In this document: one piece after another, positions 35,444 to 43,378 of the stretch
Position numbering within the stretch: the first letter of the stretch is position 1
Layout: each line of letters starts with the position of its first letter
Assembly: GCA_030770535.1 (NCBI GenBank)
Contig: JASVEC010000139.1
Coordinates: 1-43,378 of the forward strand
Direction of reading: 5' to 3'
Origin: Batkoa obscura
Lineage: Eukaryota
DNA: 43,378 bases
The notes under the pieces: model-generated
Seen by the model: the letters and a program-made list of their open reading frames with translations, nothing else
What the model was told of the DNA's origin: nothing
The model's database searches: none
Made by a program: the position numbers and the translations under genes

Positions 35444-35934
35444 ATGTTTTCAAGTGATTTACAAAAATAAGATTAATCATTTTTAAACTGTAATTGATTA
35501 TAAATATCCAATATTACAATTTTATATAAAACTCCTGGACTGAAAGCTGTATAAGCATTTATAAGATTAGATAGATGAGGACCATTACGGAAAATAGCAC
35601 CATTTATATGTTTAAATTGTAAATATAATATGATATTGTTACTATCATAAATAAAACTTTCATCCTCATATACTATTAATAAAATTTTATTCAATTCATT
35701 ATTAATAATTAATCAACAACACGTTAATTTTGATATTTGATCTTGAATTTAAATATAACTTAAACTTGTATGTTTGAATTTAATACTCTTTCTAAATAAT
35801 AATTTAGCTAACTTAATTTATAGTAATTATTGTGTAGTTGAATAATACTTTATGTTTTAATAACAATACTTTCAACTATATGGATTAAAATGAACTCCAT
35901 CTTCTTTATTGATTAAATCATAAAAAGTTAGCAT
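35444..35934 (-). pseudogene. Glutathione S-transferase pseudogene (beta-etherase/UstS-like GST N-domain), 3'-truncated
   Basis: MLTFYDLINKEDGVHFNPYS*K ... KSIKF ... FIYDSNNIILYL ... IF ... ILDIYNQL..ND*SYFCKSLE resembles the family pattern T.YDL..FSP..W / I.DS..IA.YL / D..YFR.SRE; contains in-frame stops. Confidence 0.6.
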
Positions 35935-35954
35935 TTGTAATTTTTTTAATACGA

Positions 35955-36049
35955 GGGGATGTTTTTTTTGATTTCATTACTTTTTTATTTTTAAGCATTA
36001 TTTGAGTAGAAAAACTGTTAGTAAAGTCTTAAATAAAAAATACAGCTCC
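35955..36049 (+). mobile_element. MITE copy 14
   Basis: GGGGATGTTTTTTTTGATTTCATT...TACAGCTCC; flanks ACGA/ACAT. Confidence 0.85.
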
Positions 36050-36533
36050 ACATGTTAAGCATCAAATTAGAGTAGTTTTCAAATACATTTGATAAAGAAT
36101 TATCAATCAGTTTACAAATATCATTACCTTTTTCTATAGTATTTAAAAATAGTCCTTATTTAAAAGGTGAACATGGTAGATTTCTACTACCTACTATTAG
36201 AAATGTTTTATCATTCTATTGTTATTAATTATAGTATTATGTATTGTTTAGTAATTTAAATTTCGTTCAACTAATTAATAACTCAATATTTGGTAAAATA
36301 ATCTCAGGTAGCCAAAATGAATCCCTTAAATTTTGATATGAACGTATTCAATCTCTTAATAATACCTACGCTAAATTACCATGTTAAGCAATTACAATAT
36401 TATTACTGAAATAAATGGAATTTGGATTCTTACTATATTATCTATTAAACTATCTTGAACTCAATCATAATTTTGAAAAATAAGCAAATTAACTAATAAT
36501 TAATAGCTATATATTTATAGAACACATAAAACT

Positions 36534-37514
36534 TTATCTTCTTGGTGATCTAGATCTAGATCTTGGAGAATAACGACGATAACGACGAACATTTTGACGT
36601 CTATAAGATCTACCCCTATCGGATTCAGAACCGGATCGAATATCTCTATCACTTAAATCTCTGTCCTTAACCTCCCTATCACTCAACTCCAAATCTTTAT
36701 AATCTCTATCACTGATCTCATTCTCTTTATGACCTCGGTGAAAATCTCGATCTCTATAATTATTACGACCATTATAATCACGACGTCGATTACGCATACG
36801 TTCTCTATCATCGTACCTTCCACCAGTAAGCATTCGACTACCCTGTTTATTTTCTCGAGTTTCTTCTTCTTCACTACCTTTAATAAACGCAAAACTAGCT
36901 TTTAAGTTTTTATTTAAATACATTTGATTATCAACTCCATCCACGGCTGATTTGGCTTCTTCATAGGTATCATATTCAATTAGAGCATATCCCTAAATAA
37001 AATAAGATCGTCAATCAGCTTTTTTTAAAAGATAGAAATGGATAGAAAATAAACAAAAACTTACTTTAACATAACCTGAGTTACGGTCTAAATTTAAGTG
37101 TAAATTCTTAACATTACCAAATTCAGAAAATTTATCCAAAACATCTTCTTCTGCTGCTTCATAATGAAACCCAGTCACAAATATGGTCCATCCTTCAATT
37201 GCTAGTTTATATTATTAAAAATTTTGAATTTTTTGATTATTTTTATTATTAAAAATTGATTCTACTTACAACGTATAAACTCCTTTCCAACTTCATCCGA
37301 GTGTAGCTGTCCTAAATTTGATTCTATAATATTGACTCAATTATTTTTTTTGCATTGATAAAATTCACAAATCCAAAGCTTACCATGTCCATTATCTAAT
37401 TTTTTAAATCCACGACCTTTGCGTATAACTAAAAACAAAAATTGTTTAACTATATATTTAATCGGCTTTAAAATAGATACACTTACCCGCTGGTGCATCT
37501 CCCATATCGGACAT
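36534..37514 (-). CDS. RBM8A: Exon junction complex subunit Y14 (RNA-binding protein 8A); exons 37487-37514, 37384-37428, 37270-37323, 37065-37201, 36534-36992
   Basis: The spliced product contains IRKGRGF and [54 protein letters not shown], and ends RSRSRSPRR. Four GT-AG introns keep the frame. Confidence 0.95.
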
Positions 37515-37822
37515 AGTTGAAATATTAATAAATCTTAAAAAAAATAAGATGACTTTAAGAATTCAATTTGGTAAACTATCATTATCACAATTTCAGTTCT
37601 CTTCTGATTGGTTCAAAAACTAATCTCATTTGATTGCAACTTTTGCTGAAAATGAATTTTTTCACTACTTAAAAATCAAATTTGAAATAAGCAATTTAGT
37701 TCATTTTATTTCTATAATTACTCATAATGTAACTAGATCTATTTTTATAGCACAACCCGCGAGAGTAACTGTAACTACAATCAATTTTTCAAAAATTGAT
37801 CTAGTTAGCAAAAAAAACAAAT

Positions 37823-37919
37823 GGGGTTATGTTTTTGTGTTTAAGAATTTTACTAACAACCTTTCCACTCAAATAGCGCTTAAAAGATAGAAAAAGTGAT
37901 GAAGTCAAAAAACACTCCC
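37823..37919 (-). mobile_element. MITE copy 15
   Basis: GGGGTTATGTTTTTG...AACACTCCC; perfect TSD AAAT. Confidence 0.9.
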
Positions 37920-38259
37920 AAATTGTATTAAAAAACATCACTGATTAAACCGACAGCCAAATAACGCTTTTCAATATAGTGTTAGTTTTTAATTTTCTGA
38001 ACACCTTTTCAAACCAAAAAAGTATACAATGTTTTGTTGTTCTTAATTGTAAAATAGAGTCAATTAATTTATAGTGAAAGTAAAAAACTTTAGATAGAAA
38101 AGAACTCTTTATTAAAATTTTAAAAAGCAAACTACTATTTAGCCTACAGCCTACTTTGCACAAATTAAAAAGTCAGATTACTTAGAAATCGCCTTATAAT
38201 ATTAAACCTATCAAAAATTACAATGAGTATAATAGTTTATCAATTTCAATACAGACTAT

Positions 38260-38354
38260 GGGAGTGCTTTTGTGACTTCATCATTTTTTCCATTTTTAAG
38301 CACCATTTGTGGAAAATTTGTTAATAAAACTCTTGAACACAAAAACACATCTCT
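38260..38354 (+). mobile_element. MITE copy 16
   Basis: GGGAGTGCTTTTGTGACTTCATC...ACACATCTCT; flanks CTAT/TTAT. Confidence 0.8.
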
Positions 38355-38426
38355 TTATGAAACCCAAGAAAATTGGTAAATATCAGCTAATTATATATAC
38401 TTGCACATTACTAAGATAAATAGTAA

Positions 38427-38500
38427 GCTCGTATGGCGCAATTGGCTAGCGCGTTCGACTGTTAATCGAGAGGTTGCTGGTTCGATCCCAGCTATGAGCG
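38427..38500 (+). tRNA. tRNA-Asn (GTT)
   Basis: GCTCGTA/TATGAGC acceptor stem, TGGCGCAATTGG A-box, TTCGA-CTGTTAA-TCGAG anticodon arm, GGTTCGATCC T-arm. Confidence 0.97.
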
Positions 38501-38849
38501 TCACTAAATGTAGTTGCTATTATTTTAAAAATGTTTTGTTAAATGTAAACTTTAAAACGGTAAAAGTCTGCTGAATTTGCTATTATTTAAATTCAGCTAT
38601 AAATCAAAAACGTTCAATTGCAAGCTATTTTGATGCTTTTTAATAAAGTCTTTTACAAAAATACTTAATAAATCAAATAAATAGTAATACACATTTTAGT
38701 TATAATATTTTTTATAAAATGTGAAGCAATTCAACTGAAAATAAGCAAAAAACTATTGAATCCGACTGGAAAACCCTGCAATTATAAATATTCAATAAAA
38801 TTTTGCTTGTAATGAATAGCAGCCATTAAACTGCACAACAAAAATTATA

Positions 38850-38932
38850 TGATCAGGATGGGATTCGAACCCACGCCTCCGAAGAGACCGCGGCCTTAAC
38901 ACGGCGCCTTAGACCAACTCGGCCACCTGATC
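38850..38932 (-). tRNA. tRNA-Leu (AAG)
   Basis: GATCAGG/CCTGATC acceptor stem, CCGTG-TTAAGGC-CGCGG anticodon arm, long variable arm, GGTTCGAATCC, downstream T-run. Confidence 0.97.
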
Positions 38933-39535
38933 CTTTTATCTATTTAATAAAATAATACTATATTATTGATTTTGTTTTTAATCAAATTATTAAATCTTAT
39001 TAAAGCTAGTATCTTTTATATTTGAGATAGTTTAAATGTATTTTATATAATACGTGCTTTTTCAAAAGTTTTAATACAATAGAATAAATTCTAAGTATAA
39101 GTTTATATTTAAAGTTTGAAGTTTATTATTATTCATCCAAGTGGTTGTAATATTTATTGTCAAGTCACTAACATTATTTAAAAGAACTCATAAGGATCAA
39201 TAATTTTAATAAACTAAAAAATATCCTTATATTGTGAATCATTTTAACTAAATTTACTTCTATATCATTTGTTTCAGTATATAGGTCTAATATGACAACT
39301 CCATATTGAATTAAAGGTTGTTAAATTAATAGTAAATTAATTATTTTAATTGGTTATTCATATTTCAAAATTCAATAACTTCCAAATCCAAAAAATTAAG
39401 CATATAATATGAAACTCCACTTGAGTTCATTGTTGTTACATTTTGTTCATATTATTTAATTTGAATAGCTGCCATAATAGTATTATTTAAGAATTATAGT
39501 TCAAAGCTTCGGAACCTTTTGATAAAATAGCATAT

Positions 39536-39634
39536 GGGAATGTGTTTTTGTATTCAAGAATTTTACTAACAATTTTTCCACTCAAATAGCGTTTAAAAGA
39601 TGGAAAAAATGCTGAAGCTAAAAGAAACATCACC
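39536..39634 (-). mobile_element. MITE copy 17
   Basis: GGGAATGTGTTTTTG...AACATCACC; perfect TSD ATAT. Confidence 0.9.
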
Positions 39635-40510
39635 ATATCGTCCAGAAAACACTTTATGAAATCGAGTTATAATCCTAACCAAAGGGCTAAAGCTAGCTTT
39701 AGCTCTAAAATAAGGTCAAGAAATATGCTATATAATTGATCTAAAAATTCAATATACATATTCTTATTAAAGTTCTTTATTCGTTTATTTCTATTACTAA
39801 ATTGAGTGTTACAATTCTTTATTTCTTTGATTTATATATTAACCTACTTGTTATACTCCATTTAGTTATTACTTTATCTTTAAAAAAATAATTATAGAAT
39901 ATATATATCTAATATATAAAAATAACGATTAATGGGGGATAAGCAGATAATCTTCGTTGTCTTGTTAATATGAAATTAATGAATTTTTATGTCATAATTA
40001 AGATCCGGATTAATTTATTGTTTATAATCTAAAACTACAAGATACTCCATATAGTAAAGTCAAAACTACTCACTATGAATTAAAAATTAAAATAAAACTT
40101 AGTTTTACTAAGATGATAAGGAGATTGAAGGTATATTTATAACATCAATATGAAGTATGAAATTGACATGCATTATTTGAATTTAAAATATTTAGGTAAG
40201 TTGTTTTGTTTTTGTATTGATACTGCTGCTTTATTATATTTTCTTAATTATATATAACTAAAATTAAATGGGGATAAAGCTGTATTTAATTTAGTTATTA
40301 ATGTATAGATTATCTAAAAATAAAAAATCGAGAATTCAGAGGTCAGCTGAAATAAATAGATTCAGTGCACTTAGAAATAATTAACAAATTAAGATATTAA
40401 TATCACATTAAACAAAAGCTCATAGCTTTGGTAAATTGTACTCATAAAACACAGCATTATAAATCAATTAAATCTGACGCTTTTTATTTTTATTTTTAAT
40501 AATTAATATC

Positions 40511-41548
40511 ATGATTTTATCAATAGGACAAAGTATACAGGTGGTGGTGGCAGTTATAGGATTATTCTTAAATGTAATAGTTGGACTTGTTGTTAGTATT
40601 GGCCTAGGTTTGAAATCAACTGATTTAATATTAATCTTCATTATTGCTCTTCTTGATTCTTATTATTACCTTCATAACATAGTGAGAATGATCTTAATAG
40701 GAGTTGAATATTTAGTGGTAGACTCAAACAGATTAAACCCAGATCCTTCATGGTGGTGCCCTTTTGATGCTACAATTGATATGTCGCTTTATCTAGCTTG
40801 TATTGAATTAGTGGCCATCCTTAGTTTTATGCGATATTTAAGTATTTGTAGGAAAAAGAATCTGAGTCCCATTGTTTGGTATTCTATTGCTGCATTCTCT
40901 TTTTGTACCAATTTCATTTTTTCTTTAGTTTATATTGGTAATGGGTATTATAAGTGGTCTGTTACTGAATTAGTATGCGTTACAGGAAATGACCCTGAAT
41001 CTACTAATGTTGGTTACATTCGCTACTATAATTTTTGGTTCACTAGTTACACCGTACGGTCTTTTATTTCCCTTGTTATTATAGCATTTTCTTATTTCAA
41101 CATGACTACTGTTTATTATGAGAAATTATCTTCATCAGGAGATATACTAATGAAAAACCAACTTAAATCTAAAGATGAAGACTTCAAGCCTCAGCATACT
41201 TCGCAATATTTCAATACAAGTGGGATAGAAAATTATAATGTGCAAAGGAACCAAATTTATAAGCAAAAATGGTTCACAGTCCTAAAATTAATGGGTGCGA
41301 TTCTTGCTTATTCTATTTGTTTAATTCCAGATATCACTTTTAACATCATTAGGTTGCTTCCAGATAGCTTCCCATACACAAACATAACTACCGACGTATT
41401 CACAGCATCCAACTTACTTTTAAGTTGTTATGGGTTGGTTAATTCGCTTTTTGTATTACTTTCACATGATCCTTCTAAGCGATATCTCGCTTTTAAATTA
41501 GAATGTTTTGTCAATAACGTTAAAGGATGCCTTGGTTTTGATTGTTGA
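40511..41548 (+). CDS. Class A-like 7TM GPCR, second subfamily (locus L)
   Basis: 345 aa with GLFLN, LLD, WWC 25 residues before the R of LSFMRY, ECL2 LVC, FSY, YSICLIPD, GLVNSLFVLLSHDP. Confidence 0.92.
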   Translation: MILSIGQSIQVVVAVIGLFLNVIVGLVVSIGLGLKSTDLILIFIIALLDSYYYLHNIVRMILIGVEYLVVDSNRLNPDPSWWCPFDATIDMSLYLACIELVAILSFMRYLSICRKKNLSPIVWYSIAAFSFCTNFIFSLVYIGNGYYKWSVTELVCVTGNDPESTNVGYIRYYNFWFTSYTVRSFISLVIIAFSYFNMTTVYYEKLSSSGDILMKNQLKSKDEDFKPQHTSQYFNTSGIENYNVQRNQIYKQKWFTVLKLMGAILAYSICLIPDITFNIIRLLPDSFPYTNITTDVFTASNLLLSCYGLVNSLFVLLSHDPSKRYLAFKLECFVNNVKGCLGFDC

Positions 41549-42826
41549 AAGTTTAAAATAAAAGTATTAGATATGTCTTCTATCTACATATTATTTGTAA
41601 TTGTTTAGACATTATTGAAGTTGATTTGGGTAAATTAAGAAATCACGTGTTTATATAGCTCAAAGATTTATACATGTGATGTTATAGCTCAGGTTCTCAT
41701 TTTACATCAAGTAAAATAAAGTAGTGCTATATCACTCATGAAAGAAACATTTATTCATAAAGCTTCCATGGTTATAAAATCTAGTACTTTGGTTCTATTA
41801 ATTAAAGAAGCATCCTTATAATAAGGCTATTTTTCCATGTATATTATTCATTTTGAACAAAAATATGCAAATGCTAACTTATAGTAATTATGCAATATAA
41901 AAACCATGAATAGCTTTGGCTCACCAAAAAAATTTAATTATTCTAAATTGTTATAATAACTATAATTTTAAAGTCATCCCATGATAAATGTATTTTGGAT
42001 AAAACCGGATTTAGCGCCTTTATTACCATAATTATTCAATCTATATAAACACAAAGTATTGACGTTTTACATCTTTGTTTTTACTATACTCAAAATAAGC
42101 TAAAACACCTTTTAGAAGCACCATGCACTATTATACATTTCATATACAGAATATTTTCTTTGTAACTAGACATTCAAGCTAGTGTATTTTAATTTTTGCC
42201 ACTTTAAACCACCACCAAAAGCTGTTCTATTTTATCAAACCAATGATAGTATAATATTAAATTTATCTTGAGATACAATTTGCTTCAGGATACCTTAACA
42301 AAATGGCCTTTATTTAGGCAAATCGTAAATTTTCGTAATCTAATAGTTTACGCAACTACTAATAATATACATAGTTTAAAATTTAATAAAGTATTTAGTA
42401 TAAACTTTTACATATGTATATTAATTTACACTTATCTAATGCCATTCGAAATAGCTTTGGTAAGTCACCCAGTTATACAAAATATGAAGGTCTAAAATCC
42501 GCTATTTACGCCCAATATGAGGATACCTTTTAAACTTTAATTGTGTAGCAGTTTACCGCTCATTTTAAAACATAAAAATAGAGAACTAAGCTACTATCCA
42601 CTATAGATAACAAATCATTGATTATAAAAACTACTGGTAATTGATACACAATTAAAGTTAAAGAGCTGGAGAATAAATAATATGAATATGAAACTGAGTT
42701 ATGATATAAAAAGAATAAAGTGTAAATAAAAACCACGAATATTTTTTTGTTTTTACTTGTTTTACTACATTTGAATATCACAATTAAAACTCACCTGGCC
42801 TATTAATATTCAACTCAAAGCTCTAA

Positions 42827-43378
42827 ATGATATTGACTACAGGACAGTGCTTACAGTTAGCTATAGCAATAATAGGACTTGTTTTAAATATAGCGGTGGG
42901 CCTTGTTGTTGGCTTTGGTTTAAAATTAAAGAGCCCAGATTTAAAGCTAATGCTAGTTATGTCAATATTGGACACTTATTATTATATTCATAATATAGTG
43001 AGGATAAGTTTAATAAGTTTGGAATATTTAATGGTTGACACGATAGATTTAAATCCTGCACCACTGTGGTGGTGTCGTTTTGATGCTACCATTGATATGG
43101 CGTTGTATTTAGTATGTATTGAATTGGTAGCCACCCTTAGCTTTATGCGCTATTTAAACATATGTAGGAAGGTAGATATAAAGCCAACTAGATGGTATTT
43201 AATTGGGCTCTTTTCTTTTATTTCCAATTTTTCGTTCTCGTTGATATATATTTATAATGGTTATTACAAATGGTCGTCAACAAAGTTGGTTTGCATTGTT
43301 GCTGAAAATCCCAATAACAATTTAACCTTTAAAAATTACTATTACTTTTGGGTATCAAATTATCTATTTCGTTCTTTA
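42827..43378 (+). CDS. Class A-like 7TM GPCR, second subfamily (locus M), runs off the window end
   Basis: Open frame MILTTGQCLQLAIAIIGLVLN...ILDTYYYIHNIVR...WWCRFDATIDMALYLVCIELVATLSFMRYLNICRK; close paralog of locus L; missing from the ORF track because no stop lies inside the window. Confidence 0.88.
   Translation, partial: MILTTGQCLQLAIAIIGLVLNIAVGLVVGFGLKLKSPDLKLMLVMSILDTYYYIHNIVRISLISLEYLMVDTIDLNPAPLWWCRFDATIDMALYLVCIELVATLSFMRYLNICRKVDIKPTRWYLIGLFSFISNFSFSLIYIYNGYYKWSSTKLVCIVAENPNNNLTFKNYYYFWVSNYLFRSL

Noticed and set aside
1..35934. TGA read as Trp or recoding, since TGA replaces conserved Trp in loci A, B, G, K and the GST remnant
   Set aside because: Intact genes use TGG, TGA is the true stop of loci C and L, and the affected loci also carry TAA stops or frameshifts. 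Simple G->A decay explains it.
22174..37890. ORFs 22174-22383, 22255-22446 and 37630-37890 sharing sequence like WGxxFVFKNFxN
   Set aside because: The shared peptide is a translation of the MITE, not a protein family.
893..39634. Recurring ~97-bp sequence as a CRISPR array, SINE or ncRNA
   Set aside because: Copies are dispersed in both orientations and have TIRs and 4-bp TSDs. There is no regular spacer structure, no Pol III A/B boxes and no A-tail.
39686..39703. Perfect 18-bp palindrome GCTAAAGCTAGCTTTAGC
   Set aside because: Single occurrence with no associated element ends or gene context, so no function can be argued.
7095..41548. Receptors as opsins
   Set aside because: None of the intact ORFs has a Lys in TM7 at or near position 7.43 (e.g. 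SNCFLLCLGFTSS, SNLLLSCYGLVNS), so there is no retinal Schiff-base site.

Overview
This is a very AT-rich eukaryotic window with short GT-AG introns, the standard genetic code and an EJC Y14 gene. It most resembles an early-diverging fungus (Zoopagomycota/Entomophthorales-like; this is an inference). Positions 1-27.6 kb hold a head-to-tail minus-strand array of 11 intronless class A (rhodopsin-like) 7TM receptor loci: 6 intact ORFs and 5 pseudogenes. A second, divergent plus-strand receptor cluster starts at 40.5 kb (1 intact, 1 running off the window). Mobile elements: a Sola2-like DNA transposon in three states (intact 29902-32365, frameshifted 1112-3567, diverged 5' relic from 28493), 17 copies of a ~97-bp MITE with matching ends and 4-bp TSDs, a 5'-truncated L1/Tx1-type LINE inside one receptor pseudogene, one or two solo LTRs and two hairpin elements. 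Between the clusters lie a 7-exon TCD1/TCD2-like ThiF gene, a GST pseudogene, a 5-exon RBM8A/Y14 gene with a long RD/RS tail, tRNA-Asn(GTT) and tRNA-Leu(AAG). The best candidate for a novel system is the birth-and-death array of atypical class A GPCRs, which keep C3.25/R3.50/P6.50 but lack the DRY acid, W6.48 and NPxxY.
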